Shown here piece by piece: positions 25,852 through 38,921 of a stretch of 64,000 nucleotides of DNA (positions are counted from its first letter, which is position 1; each line of letters begins with the position of its first letter). This DNA comes from Eledone cirrhosa (lineage: Eukaryota), in contig OZ024747.1 in NCBI GenBank assembly GCA_964016885.1, positions 38,378,001-38,442,000 on the forward strand, given 5' to 3'. The notes under the pieces are model-generated. The model was not told the DNA's origin, did not search any database, and was given only the letters and a program-made list of their open reading frames with translations. Both the position numbers and the translations under genes were made by a program.

Positions 25852-28800
25852 ATGACCTCACTCAGAATAGGCAGCATAAATGCGCGTGGCTTGGGGTCGT
25901 CATGGAAGCAGGGCCACCTGCTCAACGACCTCAGGTCACTAAACATAGATGTAGTGGCCATCAGCGAGACCAGAATCTCCGAAGCACAGGCTTTCGCACC
26001 GATCTTCGGCGGCTACGAAGTGTACGCATCTCCCAGCCGTCCGGGATCGGGGGGGGGGGGGTTGCTGTGCTTTATCGGAGAGGTTTGGATCTTGCCATAC
26101 GGGCCATCTTCCTGGACCCAGAAGGTAAGTTGGTGGTGCTGGACGTGACCAGCGGTGACGGCAAAGCTTTCAGGTAAGTGGCCGTCTATGCCCCGACAGG
26201 AGCAGGGCGGCCTGATTTCTTCCGGCGTCTGGAGACTTTTCTTGGAACGTCCCGCTCTTTAGTGTTAGTGGGCGACTGGAACGGGATCTTAGATGCACGC
26301 TGGGATTGTGTGGGATTAGTGGATAGGGAAGGAGGGTGCAAGAGTCTCACCAACCTGCTCAGACGTTTTGAACTGTCTGACAGGTACCGAATGGATTTCC
26401 CGAATGTACCAATGTGGACTTGGACAAATCGCATAGGGTCATCCAGATCATATCTAGATAGAGTATTTTGTAGGGAAATAGATAAGTCTAGCATAGGCTG
26501 TCCACAATTCAAGATAGTCAGCTACACGGACCACAAATTCGTGATATGTGTGCTTGACTTAGATAGGCTTCATAGGCGAGGACCCGGCTACTGGAAGCTA
26601 AACGCGTCCTTACCAGCGCGCAAGGCCTACAGAGACCGGATTAGCGAACTAGTTAAGCGGGCGCTGACGGGGGCCATCGTCAACAACAAGTGGTGGTTTG
26701 CTCTGAAAAGAGCAATTAGAATAGAGTCCATTAGGTTTAGTAAGACTTTAGCAATAGACAAAAATAGAGCAGAGGGAGAACTAGTTAGAAAATTAGATGA
26801 GGCGCTTAGCAAAGGCATCGCGACCGACGTGCTTGCGGCGAAATTGGCCCTTGACCGATTCTTCAATGCAAAGCACGAAGGCTGCGTTGTCAGAGCTAGG
26901 GTGCGTGCTCTCAGACACGAGGGAACGAAAGCCGTTCAATGGGTCCGAGTGGCGGAGGCGCGTCGTGGCAACAAAGCCACGATCCGGTCTTTGGTGGACC
27001 ACGACGGGCGCATGCTACTCGATCCCGGGCAAATGTGTGAAGCTTTTCAGCGACGCTTCGCTCAACTGTTCGGGGGCAGTGGCGGGCCGGATCGAGGGAT
27101 GGACTTTAGTGTCTACCTCGACGGACTGCCGCGGCTTTCGGCCACTGAGGCGGAGTGTTGCGAAAAGCCGATAACAACCGCTGAAGTACGGGATGCAATG
27201 ACTAGTTGCACAAGGGGTAAATCGCCTGGTTTGGATGGTCTGCCCTATGAACTTTACGTACAAATGCCAAACTTGTTCGGAGGCCTCTTGGCGGACGTCT
27301 ACTGCAACTGGCAACAGAACGGGAGAATTCCCAGCTCTGTGAGCCGAGGAGCGGTGGCGCTGCTGAGAAAGGATCCGAACAAGGGGGATAACATAGATAA
27401 TTTTAGGCCCATAACTCTGCTAAACACAGAACTCAAGATTTTGGCCAAGGTGCTAGCAAAGAGGTTGGCGCTTGTCGTTGGTGGTCTGGTGGGAGAGGCA
27501 CAGACATGCGCCATTCCCGACAGATCCATCCACGACAACCTCCACCTCATGCGATACATCGAGGAGAGGGTAGCTAGGGAACCTGGCACGGGTGGGTCTT
27601 TGATCAATTTAGATCAATCGAAAGCCTTCGATAGGGTCGACCATCGTTACCTAGCGGCAGTCCTGAGGGCGGCTGGCTTTGGGCCCATCTTCAGAGGCTG
27701 GATCGCTGCCATGCACAGCGACATCTGCTCTGTAGTGAGAGTGAACGGTCACCTTTCGGAACCGTTCAACATCATGCGCTCGGTCCGCTAAGGATGTCCC
27801 CTCTCGTCCCTATTGTACGTATTGACTCTCGAGCCATTACTGCACAAACTGGAGACGTTGAGGGGGGTCCCGCGCGAACTAGGATGCGGAAGATCCGTGT
27901 CAGCATATGCCGACGATGTCACCGTAGTGGTGTCGAACGCCAAACACATCGAGGCGATCGGCACTACACTAAGAGAATACGAAGCCGTGACAGGAGCAAT
28001 GATCAACCAGGAAAAGTCAGTGGGCCTGCAGCTCGGCACCTGGAGAGGCAGGTCCATGTCGTCCAACAGCGTCGTCGGGCGCTGGACGGACGGACCGGTT
28101 AAATTGCTAGGGGTCTGGTTCGGTCCAGACCTCCAGACGGACAAAAACTGGGACGAGAGGAAGCTATCCCTGAAAGGTCGAGCGGAGTGGGCTAACGCGT
28201 ACATCGCGTCTGTCATCTACTACCCCCTGACCGTCGTACCTTGTCCTAAGCCCCGCCTGACTGCGCTGGAGCGTTTGCTCTTTCGCTTCTTGTGGAAGGG
28301 ACGCGCTCCGATGGTCAGGCGGTCCATCTGCTGTCAACACCCGCTACGTGGAGGGCTGGGCATTCCGTGGCTGATGATGCGCAGACGCGCTCAGGCTACG
28401 ACATCTCCACCTCTTCCTCGACGGTGATCAGGTGTGGTCGCCGTTTGCTAGACACGTTTTTCCCCAGCTTGTGTCCTTGACGGAGCTACAGTCCTGGGTC
28501 AAGCGAAAACCGAGAGGGAGCGCTTGGAGACTGGAATGTCTTCAGGCGCTCACAGCCCTCGACCAATCGGGCAATGTGATCGGTGGAAACTCCACCTTGG
28601 CGTTCTATAGGGGATTAGTGGAGGGGAAGAGCGACGACGTACTTGGAGAAACTCTCGGCGTCGACGAAAATCAACTAGCCAATATCTTTGGAAGGACTTT
28701 CGGGCAGGGGCCTATGGACAACTTCCAGAAATCCCTGGCCTGGCAGTGCTACCGAGGAGCCTTGCCAGTTCGGGATAAACTCTACAGGCATGGAGGTGCC

Positions 28801-29229
28801 GTCAGCCGGGCATGTCCGAGATGCGCGCAGGGCGACGAAACCGTCCTGCACGCACTCGTCCAGTATCCGAGCATTGCTGACTTGTGGGTTTATGTCGAAC
28901 ACCTGCTTTCACGTGTAGGACGGATCCAGGTATCAGCTGAGTCCATCGTGAGGATTGCCCCGCCCCCTTCCTTTAGCCAGGAAGGGCAGGCAGTTTCTAT
29001 CTGTCTGGTGGCCATGGCGAAAGAGATAGTATGGTGGACACGTTTGAAAGGGCTGAAGACGAGCACTTACCTCTTCGGTGATGCCCTGATTAACTTTTTC
29101 AAATTTCATTTGAAAAGGAAAATCAGGGTAGAGAGGGAAGTGCTCTCTTCCCAGCATTTTGTTGAAAGATGAGTGAGAGAAGCAAGTATGGCCCGTATGA
29201 ATGGGCCTTCTCTGAGTATGTGTCTGTAA
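25852..29229 (+). pseudogene. Tx1 ORF2: APE endonuclease, reverse transcriptase and C-terminal Zn motif
   Basis: SINARGL, ISET, GDWN, YLDRVF, TDHK, KSPGLDG, FRPITLLN, DQSKAFDRV, R*GCPLSP, AYADD and CPRC..ETVLH motifs, with stops and frameshifts. Confidence 0.95.
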
Positions 29230-29582
29230 ATTAAAGGTGGAAAACTGGGAGAGGGCACTTGCCCTGGTGGTCAGGGCCACTGTGGTCTTTTAATGGGCTT
29301 TCTCCACAAATGTCCCTCGGAATTCTCCCCCCTATTGGGGAATTTTTCTTTGTTATTTTATTTCAACCTCTGTTTTTTTACACGCAGAAATGCCCATTTG
29401 TACCGTCCTGTATTGTCCTGTACTGTCCTTAATGTCTACTTTATGTAAACCCTTGTGGTTAATAAAGAAAACATTATTATTATTATTATTATTATTATTG
29501 TTCTTATTCCTTGAATCTCAGTCATTGATGTTGGTTAACTGGAAAGTCCGTTGGATTGAATATCAAGCCACTACCTGCAGCC

Positions 29583-30281
29583 TCAGATATTCAGGACGTA
29601 TCGGAGGGTTCTTGCTGTTCCAAGCAAGCATGCCTTTTGAAGCGTTCCAAAAAGCGTGAAGGGGCCGATTTTCTTTAACCATCCCTGAAAACCTTTGGAG
29701 ATAGTCCCCAGTGCGCCTATGACAATCGGGATCACTTTGACTTCATGGCAGTTCCAAATCCTTTTCACCTCCCACTTTAGGTCCTGGTATCGGTTAATTT
29801 TCTCCCTCTCCTTCTCTTGCACTCTCGTGTCGAACGGGCAGGCCACATCCACAATCAGACACGATCTTTTTTCTTTGTCCACAACCACCAGGTCAGGTCT
29901 ATTGTGTTCCAGTTTTTTGTCCGTCTGTATCCTAAAATCCCACAGCACCTTCACCTGATTGTTCTCCATCACCGCCTCTGGCCTATGCTCATACCATTTC
30001 TCAGAATGTGGTAAATTGTTTACTTTGCATAGGTGCCAGTGGATCACCCTGCCCATCACATCGTGTCTCCAGCCCTTATAGTGGGTCTGGGCTAAGTGTT
30101 TACACTCGGACACAATGTGAGCCACAGTCTCCTCTCTCTCTCCACAGATCCTGCACAGTGGGCTAGCCTCCTCCTTGTAGATATGGTGCTTCAACCACTT
30201 CGTTTTGAGGGCCTGCTCCTGCGCAGCCATTAGCATTCCTTCTGTAGCCTTTTTGAGGTCTCCTCTTCTCAACCAGTTCAT
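29583..30281 (-). CDS. R4/Dong CCHC knuckle and restriction-like endonuclease (split from the RT by a 1-nt frameshift)
   Basis: CRICGEREETVAHIVSEC, RHD, RPDLVVVD..IVDVACP, EKINRY and PIVIGALG motifs. Confidence 0.92.
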   Translation of the reverse strand: MNWLRRGDLKKATEGMLMAAQEQALKTKWLKHHIYKEEASPLCRICGEREETVAHIVSECKHLAQTHYKGWRHDVMGRVIHWHLCKVNNLPHSEKWYEHRPEAVMENNQVKVLWDFRIQTDKKLEHNRPDLVVVDKEKRSCLIVDVACPFDTRVQEKEREKINRYQDLKWEVKRIWNCHEVKVIPIVIGALGTISKGFQGWLKKIGPFTLFGTLQKACLLGTARTLRYVLNI

Positions 30282-32974
30282 GTCTGTGGATCTCTAAATT
30301 CAGTTTTCTCAAAGAAGGTACTATGAAGGGATTTTCCCTTAAGGCTGCTCTTCCTCCTTGATGTTATTTCCTCCTTGGACATCCCCTGGCCTACTGTCCC
30401 CTCCTTCAGTACAGTTCTGAGCATTGGCTCCTTACTATAGGTCACGTATTTGTATAGGTTGTTTTTCTCCATCTGAACACAGTCCTCTATGCTGATAAGA
30501 CCTCTTCCACCCTCAGATATCCTTAGGTAGAGTCTATCGACATCATTCCTCTTGTGGAACATGTTGTAGATAGTCAATAGCTTCCTAGTCTTCCTATCCA
30601 TTTCTTTTTGTTCAGCAACATTCCATCTCAGAATTCCCGCACTGTACCTAATAATAGACACAGCTCGGGAATTTACTGCGCTTATGGCATTTCTGCTGTT
30701 CAGATGTGACTTCAATACGCTCCTTACTCTCCGAATGTATTCAGTTCTTAACAATTCCTTCATTTTTTTGTTCTTTATGCCATCAGCCTCCAGAACGCCC
30801 AAATACTTGTATCCTTCCTCAGAGTCAATTTCCTTTATCATCTCACCTGTTGGTATCTGGATCCCGTCACTTCTGCTCAACCTACCCCTCTTCATCACAA
30901 TGACTCCACATTTACCAATACCAAACTGCATACATATATCACTGCTGAAAATACGGACAGTGTCAACAAGCACATCCAACTCCTTCTCACTTTTCCCGAA
31001 GAGCTTAAGATCGTCCATGAAGAGGAGGTGATTGATGGTAAGCTCTCCCCTTCCCAACTTGTATCCTGCTCTCACTTTTCGCAGCATAATGGTCAAGGGC
31101 ATCAGGGCAAAGACAAACAACAGAGGGGACAGGCTATCTTCCTGGAAGATACCTCTCTTGATCTTCACGCTTCCCAAGGATACTCCAGTTGATGTCAACT
31201 CTGTCTCCCAGGACCCCATACTCCTGCCTAGCAACTGTCTGATGTTATCTGCCACCCTGAAGATCTCCAGGCTTTTGGTGATCCAGGAATGAGGCACCAT
31301 GTCAAATGCCTTTCTGTAGTCTATCCATCCCATGGCAAGATCAGTGTGTCTCCTCCTGCAATTCCCCATTACCATCTTATCAATAAGCAACTGGTCCTTT
31401 GTACCACGTGACTTCTTTCGGCATCCTTTCTGTTCGTCCGGTAACAAGTTGTTTGTGTGGAGGTGATGGTAGATTTCCTCAGACACAATGCTCGTCAACA
31501 GTTTCCACATTACGGACAGACATGTGATAGGTCTATAGTTGGTAACATCATTACCCTTGATTCGGTCTTTCATTATCAGAACTGTGGTACCTTTTGTCAA
31601 CCACTCTGGCACCTCACCCGACACCAAGCAGTCATTGAACATGGCCGTCAGCTTCGGGTGGAGGGATGTTAAATGTTTAATCCAATACCCCTGCACACCA
31701 TCTGGGCCTGGTGATTTCCAGTTGGTTAGTTTTTTGGCCTGTCCCTTAAGAGTTTCAACTGTGTTACTCAAATCAGTTTGTTGTCTTGCCTGCTCACCGA
31801 TCTCCCTCTGTACTGTCTCAATCCACCCTGCCTGGGCATTGTGTCTAACATCCTGCTCCCATATTCCTCTCCAGAATGTTTTAGTTTGCTCCGCCCCAGG
31901 GATCAAGTCGTTGCCTCTTTCTTTCCCCTCAAGCTGTCCAAACAGCATCTTCTGGTTGTTGTCGAACATGCGGTTCTGTTTATACTGACTGACTCTGTTC
32001 TCGTATCGCCTGATTTTTGCGCTCTTTGCTACAATGCGTTGCTTCAGTTCCTCTATGATAATATTTAGCTTTTTCCTCCTAGTTTTGTATTTTATTTCCA
32101 GTCTATTTTTAGTGTCTATGTTTTTTAGTGTCCCATTCAGTAGTGACTCAAGCTTTCCTATGTCATTTCTCATTTCCCCGATTTGCCCACTCAGTCGCTT
32201 CTTCCACCACGGCTCTGCTCTTTCTTGTCTGTTGTTTCCTCTCGCTTTTATACCAAGTTGTTTCCTCACCGTATTTGCTGTTGCTTTGAGGATATTGTTG
32301 CACTGGTGAAGGCTCCTCGCCTCAAGGTATGGGATGACTTTGTTTACCTTAGCTGTTGTTTCTTTTAACTTTTTCCTGTCTACAAATCTTAGGTTCATAG
32401 GTCTCCCACTATCATTGTTCAATTCATCTACCACTAAATTTAGGATGTCAACCGAATCTTGTCCTAGCCCGTCAGCATTCATCTCCTCAGTGGCCGTATC
32501 TCTGTTCCAGGTATTATTTATCTCAGTATTCAGATCATTGTCTGCTTCGGGTGGTTCCTCCGTTCTCAGGACCTCTTCACCTTCATTTCCCACTGGCTCG
32601 CTTGTCTGGCATACTACACCCGCCATTTCCAAGCCATTCTCTCTGCTCAGTTCCTCCAGTTCCAGCTCGCTTATCCATACATTAGTTCTTATTACCCGAG
32701 CCTGCCCGGCCAATTTTTGTTCATCTAATTTAAATAAACCAATCTCGTTCCAGATGTTATGCATCCGTCTCCTGTAGCCCCTCTCCTTGGGGTTACGTTT
32801 CAGGTAACATTGCATAACAGTTCTATTCAATTCTTTCGTCCAGTTGGTTCTGGCCCCTTTCCTTCTTCTCCTTCCTCCAACATCAGCAGTATTTGGTTGA
32901 CAGTCAGGTTCCTGCTGCTGAGCCAGGGGGCACCTGTTGGGTGAGAGTCTGTCACATGACGTTCTAGTCTCCAT
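30278..32974 (-). CDS. R4/Dong ORF: N-terminus and reverse transcriptase (898 aa)
   Basis: WKSPGPDG, NYRPITCL, EQKGC, IDYRKAFD, GIFQEDSLSP, LFMDD, YKYLG and GGRGL motifs. Confidence 0.92.
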   Translation of the reverse strand: METRTSCDRLSPNRCPLAQQQEPDCQPNTADVGGRRRRKGARTNWTKELNRTVMQCYLKRNPKERGYRRRMHNIWNEIGLFKLDEQKLAGQARVIRTNVWISELELEELSRENGLEMAGVVCQTSEPVGNEGEEVLRTEEPPEADNDLNTEINNTWNRDTATEEMNADGLGQDSVDILNLVVDELNNDSGRPMNLRFVDRKKLKETTAKVNKVIPYLEARSLHQCNNILKATANTVRKQLGIKARGNNRQERAEPWWKKRLSGQIGEMRNDIGKLESLLNGTLKNIDTKNRLEIKYKTRRKKLNIIIEELKQRIVAKSAKIRRYENRVSQYKQNRMFDNNQKMLFGQLEGKERGNDLIPGAEQTKTFWRGIWEQDVRHNAQAGWIETVQREIGEQARQQTDLSNTVETLKGQAKKLTNWKSPGPDGVQGYWIKHLTSLHPKLTAMFNDCLVSGEVPEWLTKGTTVLIMKDRIKGNDVTNYRPITCLSVMWKLLTSIVSEEIYHHLHTNNLLPDEQKGCRKKSRGTKDQLLIDKMVMGNCRRRHTDLAMGWIDYRKAFDMVPHSWITKSLEIFRVADNIRQLLGRSMGSWETELTSTGVSLGSVKIKRGIFQEDSLSPLLFVFALMPLTIMLRKVRAGYKLGRGELTINHLLFMDDLKLFGKSEKELDVLVDTVRIFSSDICMQFGIGKCGVIVMKRGRLSRSDGIQIPTGEMIKEIDSEEGYKYLGVLEADGIKNKKMKELLRTEYIRRVRSVLKSHLNSRNAISAVNSRAVSIIRYSAGILRWNVAEQKEMDRKTRKLLTIYNMFHKRNDVDRLYLRISEGGRGLISIEDCVQMEKNNLYKYVTYSKEPMLRTVLKEGTVGQGMSKEEITSRRKSSLKGKSLHSTFFEKTEFRDPQT

Positions 32975-34031
32975 TTCACCGTTATTCGAACTGTTTATGT
33001 TCGATATTTAAACACTCTTATCGAGGATTGGCGAATGTATGGTTACATATCCATCTGTGGATCCGCCATTCCACTTGGCCCTTGTGTGGCATTATCACCA
33101 CGCTGTATACGAACACACATAAACAAACAAACACACAGGCAGAAAGGGCCCCAAAAATGAATAAGCATAAGTTTCATTGTAATGTAGTGTTCGAATGTCT
33201 GACTTAGTTTTTGTTTTTTAAGTTTTAGTTTTTCCCCCCTCTTCTCTGTCCGTCCGCCTGCTTCTCTCTTCATTCTTATTTTCTTTACGTTTTTTTTTTT
33301 TTTTTGTTTTTTTTTTGTTTTTGTTTTTCTCTGTTTATTTTTCTCGTTTTTTGCTGTTGTTGCTGTGCTGCTTTGGTTTTGTTGTTTGTTTTTTCTTTTT
33401 TCTTTTGAGTCTATCTATATATTTTGATCCCTTCCTCTTTTTTAGCAGTAGGGATTCTATAATGTGGTGGCAGCAGCCAGCTAAAAGAAGAAGTGGAGGA
33501 CTGGCGGCGGTAGCGATACTGAGACAGTGGTGGTGGTGATGTCGATACCGAGGCAGTGGTGGCGGTGATGTGACCGTATTACTGTAGTGATGGTGCTGTA
33601 GCGGTGGTAGCAGTGAAGGTGTGAAGGGGTGGTGGCGGCGGTGATGGGATAATGGTTGTAATGATGGCCGTAGTGAGCGGTGGTGGTTTAGTGTACACAG
33701 GTGATGGGGTGGGTGGTGTATCTAGTTTCTGGTGCTGGTGAGTTTGGCTGTTCTATATAGTGTAGACAGAGGAGGAGGGGGGGGGGGTTCTTCTTCCATT
33801 TATAGCCATTTTCTTTTTTGGATATACAGTGTACAATACAAAGTTGAATATTTGAATATTTGAGCCTTATAACAATATATTTTGGGTCCGAATTTTTTGG
33901 GGCTCAAGCCGGGTGCTTTACGTAGCATTTGTACTAAGAGTTGTTATTTCACAAATGATTTAAATATGTTAAAAATTCAAAACTTACGGGAGCGATTTCA
34001 TGACCTCCGTCACCTCGTGCGTCTTCTTCCC

Positions 34032-34099
<68 letters not shown>

Positions 34100-34110
<11 letters not shown>

Positions 34111-34510
34111 TTTACTTCTTTTTATTTTCCACAAGGGCCGACAAAAATGAGACAATACAATAAACAGGGACAGTTGTAGTTTACACTGAAATCTTGTAGA
34201 AAAAAATTAACAAATTACAATGAACAAGGAAAATTCCCAATAGAGCCATCCAGAGGTGACTTACGAGCCCCACAAATCCTAAAACAACCGACACTCGAAG
34301 AGTGCCCTATAAAGCACGTGCCTCTCCTTTCTGAATCAGTCAGCCTCCAGGCACATGCTCTGAGTTGGCCAATAACACGGGGAATTCTTGCAACATTTAC
34401 CTACCTTTAGCAAATGTAGAGGGGGAGCGCTTCTATTTCAACCATCACCCTCTTTTCTAAGCGAAACTTGAAAGGTTGATGAGGGATTGGCCGAAGAGAA
34501 AAGTGTTTGT
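34100..34510 (-). mobile_element. Diverged Tx1-family 3' fragment
   Basis: TFLFGQSLINL..KKRVMVE resembles the ORF2 end at 29060-29170, followed by similar 3' UTR motifs. Confidence 0.65.
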
Positions 34511-35525
34511 CACATTGTTGTTGGGTTTTACGTTGTGGTTGTTGCTGTTGTCATTGTCATTGTTCACGTTGTTGTTGGAGGTGGTGTTGTCGTTTGTTTT
34601 GTTGTTTCTGTTTTTGTAGTGGTTGTTATTGTTGTACTGCTTTTGTTATTTTCTTCATTCACAAACATTTTCTGTTGTCCTTTTCTTTTCTGTATATAAC
34701 AAGTTTTTGTTTTGGTTATTTTCCACGTCGGCTGCCTGTAGATAGCCGAGGTTCAACCAGCTCCCTGCCTCTGTATATATATTAACAGTTTCAGGGACGT
34801 GTCGTGAAACCTTGTTTTATACAATCAAAGGAAATATCTAGACCAAACAGTAGTGTGACCATTAAGTATCTTTAATGTATTTAAACAACCTATTAGAAAT
34901 ACTTTTATACATTTAGAGTGACACACATATAACCGGATCTATAATCTTTGTTGGACTGATAGTCCCTTAATTTTACGTTTGAACACTCAAATAGACATAT
35001 GTATATTTTCATTGAAATCAAAGTATCAGCTTTTCAACGGCATTCTTACAATACCTATTTGACCAGCATCCTCTCATTTCAATTCTCTAATAATATTATA
35101 TGTTAAAAAATGTTGATAATAGTTAAGACTATGTTTCATTTCAGAAAGAGAAAATGATGCTGTAGATTTACAACAATATTTTCATAATTCCTCTCTGTTG
35201 AAGAATAACGGGAATCGAGAAGAGAAACAGAAACTTATTGACCTTATCACACAAAAGGTATATACAACATATTAAATTATTTCAAAGCACACGTTCAATG
35301 TCTGTCAAATTTTAATTCTCGTGCCCAGCTCATTAATATTCCATAATATTCCTGTCTTACATTTAATCCAATGTAGCCTCAACTTTAATTCCCATTTATG
35401 TAGTAATACACATACACACACACACACATGCACACACACATATATATATATATGTATTTATATACATATATATATATACATATACACAGACACATATATA
35501 TATAGATATATATATAGATATACAA

Positions 35526-35604
35526 CGTTCTTGATTTCTTCTTATTCCCACTCCATTTTAAGGTATATATATATATATATTTATATATATAATATATGGC
35601 CATT

Positions 35605-35647
<43 letters not shown>

Positions 35648-36335
35648 ATATATATATATATATATATGTAATATATAAATATATATATATATATACCTTA
35701 AAATGGAGTGGGAATAAGAAGAAATCAAGAACGGGGGGGGGGTCCTCATCAGTTGTCTACTGGGTGTCTCGGATATTTCTACGCTTTAAAGACAATATAT
35801 CTACCGCCCAGAGCGTCAATAACTGGATAAGTTATTTGGAAAACGGAGGAGGGAGGGAAGGGAAACAAAAGGGAAGAAAAGCGAAAACAGTGAAAAAACT
35901 GTGAAAAAAGCTAACAAAATCCAAGAACACACGATGAGAGCACTTAAGTTCAAGACAGTGTGGGCGAGAGAAAAAAGACACACGTCTGCCTCCAGCAGTT
36001 GTACGTGAGAAAAGGACTGCTAGAGGGTCAGATGAGGGAGTGAAAGTGAGAGGGAGAAAGGGAGAGGAAGAAAGTGGGGTAAGAGTAGATAGTAACGAAA
36101 TAGTTAGATAGAAGAAGAGAGAAGACTGGCCGAGAGAATGAGGGAAAGTGAGAAGGAGAAAGGGAGAGAAAGAAAGAGCGGTGAGAGTAGATATTAGCGA
36201 AAGGGAGAGAAGAATGGTCACAGCGAAAACATGATAAAATGTATGGAGAATAGAAATGGTGTAGTTGGTATTTAAGGTAGATTAAAATGGAGTGGGAATA
36301 AGAAGAAAGCAAGAACAGGGTGGGGTAATTTTCTT
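35526..36335. repeat. Inverted repeat (35526-35570 vs 35690-35733) around (TA)n, with a direct copy at about 36281-36316; pLTR-like
   Basis: TTAAAATGGAGTGGGAATAAGAAGAAA occurs three times. A minus-strand CTGATGA at about 35745-35751 has no matching GAAA half. Confidence 0.75.
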
Positions 36336-36370
36336 CATCTGTCTCTCTCTCTCTCTCTCTCTCGCTCTCG

Positions 36371-36425
<55 letters not shown>

Positions 36426-36435
36426 AATATATATA

Positions 36436-38889
36436 CTAGCAGTTTAGCCCGGAGTTGCTCGGGTTTGTTCATTTGCTATGAAAAGTTACGTACAGGTAAA
36501 CGTGGTTTGAAAGCGAATAAGCTTATCAATTAAGTGCATAAAGCAGTTGAACCGGTTATTAAAAGTCACGAACCAATTAGCATTTTGGTCAATCAATGAT
36601 GGGTTATTAATCTTCCAATAGCGAATTTAGTAGATCGGGAATTGTGATCGCCGGAAATCGAACGGGATATCTGACGCCGAGGGGAAAAGGTTCATCCTTG
36701 GAATGAAAACATTCTCCCCTCTTCCGCACCCCGTTACAATGGTGGCCTCAATCAAGTGGGTGTCAGTGACTTGACGACCATGCGAGTACCGTTGCACTGC
36801 TTTGGTGGACGCAAGTTCCTTATTAGCATAATGGGACAGCCAACCCTAAGCTTAATAATGTGAGGTGGGAGCCCTGGGGGGCTCAAGGAGATTTAATAAC
36901 TCAACCGGATAATTAACGATATCGTCGGGGTCTGATTTGAAGATGTGCTCTTTACCGGGAATCTTCTCAATCAGCTGCTCGTTAATAAAATTAACCATGG
37001 TATTTTTCGGAGCAAGGATGGCTCTTTCGCTGAGCCAATCGAGGTTTTTAAAGTTAGATGAGACATTAGGAAAATCTGCTTCCCAAAGGTCAGAGGGCTG
37101 CTCACAATGTTGCACATGGTGTCGATTGCTATGCCGCCCTTGTCATCCGCAGGGATCTTGCCCTCACCAAGTGCTAAAATGTTCTGTGCTGCAGACATGT
37201 CACCATGCAAATGAGCACGCATATTTGTGCTCAGGTACAAACTATTCACCTGGAGCCACACCAAGGACGACTTAAGACAGGCACGCACTTCAGCTCTTGT
37301 CCATTTGGGGATGACAGGCAGCGTTTTCCGAAAATCCCCTAATAGCAGAAGGGTTACGCCACCCATAGGAGCCGTAGAATCCCTAATGTCTTTCCGGGCC
37401 TCGTCCAATGCCTCAAGGGCACCCTTGTGTGCCACTGTGCACTCATCCCAAACAATGAGGCAACATCTTTTGAGAACCAGAGCTTTGTGTGAACTCTTGC
37501 TGATATTGCATGTGGGTGTCTCAGTTTTTACTAAATCCAAAGAGAGTTTAAAGGTTGAATGTGCTGTCCTGCCTCCCGGCAGCAAAGTAGCAGCGATCAC
37601 GGACGATGCAATGGACAACGCAACATTGTTCTCCTGACGAATCTTAGTGAGAATCAAATTCGTTACAAAAGTTTTTCCGGTACCCCCAGGATCGTTTTTT
37701 ATTGGGGAGGATCAGGGTTTTTTTTTTTTGACCTTGAGGTATAACCAGTCAGTAGTTCCTTCAAAGGCTCTGGCGGTTCGGTAAGAGGGGGCAAGGTGAC
37801 CTTACCGTTTAAGCAGCACATTGCAGGTGGCTCCCCAGCCCACTTTGTAGCATTGCAGAATTGGCAATTGAAGCACATCTCGCCTATATTTATGTCAGAG
37901 CGCATCGAGTAATTAACGTTTTGCTCATACTTGAAAGCCCGTAGGTGCCAGTAAGGGCTGTTGGGGCTCGTCACACCGCGTGCAGCTTCTCGCCGTCGAA
38001 TGTTACGCTTGTACGTAGAACATTGGTCGTGTGGTTGGTGGGAAGGTCTGGCAGCAATAGCAGAAGCAACATTTGCAATTCTAATGGACCGTCCGTCTGC
38101 ATCTTCAGAAGCCATGGAAGTAGTCATAGCCGCAGCGTTCGTAGGAAGGCGAGCCGTCCGTTGTTTTAACGTTCCAAAGACATGGAATCAGCATTAGTCG
38201 CATCGTTTCTCTCTGAAGCCCTGGAAGAAGCCTGGTATGAAGCCATTTTGGCTAGGCGTGCGGTGCGCTGTTGAAAACTTTCAGTGGATCGACATTCTCC
38301 TGAACGTAAGGCTGTCTGTGAAAGTCTTGAAGCATTTTCCTCAGAGGACTCGTTTGCTATAGTAGCCTTTTGCGCCACTGCTGACGCGGTATGTCGACTG
38401 AGGCGACTTCTCTTTTTAGGTGGCATTTTATGTCCAAAAGAAAGGGTGAAAGTTACTTCTACAGAAAAATTGACTTTGAAAGTCTACTGTCTGTTTATGA
38501 ATATTGTTATTGTTGTTGTGATACAAATGTTAGTAAGTAAATGGGTATCGAAAAATAAAGGGTGAAAGTTACTTCAACATAAAAATTGACTTTGAAAGTA
38601 TAAGGCTGATAATTGTATGTAAAAGGATTGATAAGAAAGGCCCCCAAACAAATTTTACAGGTATTTGTATGTATGTGTGTAATTTTATGTCGAAAAGAAA
38701 GGGTTAAAGTTACTTCTACAGAAACATTTAGTTTGAAAGTGTAAGGCCGATGTGTGTGTAAATTAAGTAACAGGTATTTGTATGTATGTGTGTATATGTA
38801 TGTATGTGTGTATGAAAGTGTAAGGCCGATGTGTGTGTAAATTAAGTGACAGGTATTTGTATATATGTGTGTATATGTATGTATGTGTG

Positions 38890-38921
<32 letters not shown>

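Larger units (their letters stand above)
23614..29498 (+). mobile_element. Apparently full-length Tx1/L1-clade LINE inserted in (TTA)n; several disablements
   Basis: 5' UTR, ORF1, APE-RT ORF2, AATAAA and (TTA)n tail, with (TTA)n on both sides. Confidence 0.95.
29499..34031 (-). mobile_element. Near-intact R4/Dong-clade non-LTR retrotransposon in a (TAA)n repeat
   Basis: RT plus REL ORF with (TAA)n on both flanks. Assignment of 33000-34031 as its 5' region is tentative. Confidence 0.9.

Noticed and set aside
32975-34031. HDV-like ribozyme at the Dong 5' end
   Set aside because: I could not assemble the nested double pseudoknot by eye.
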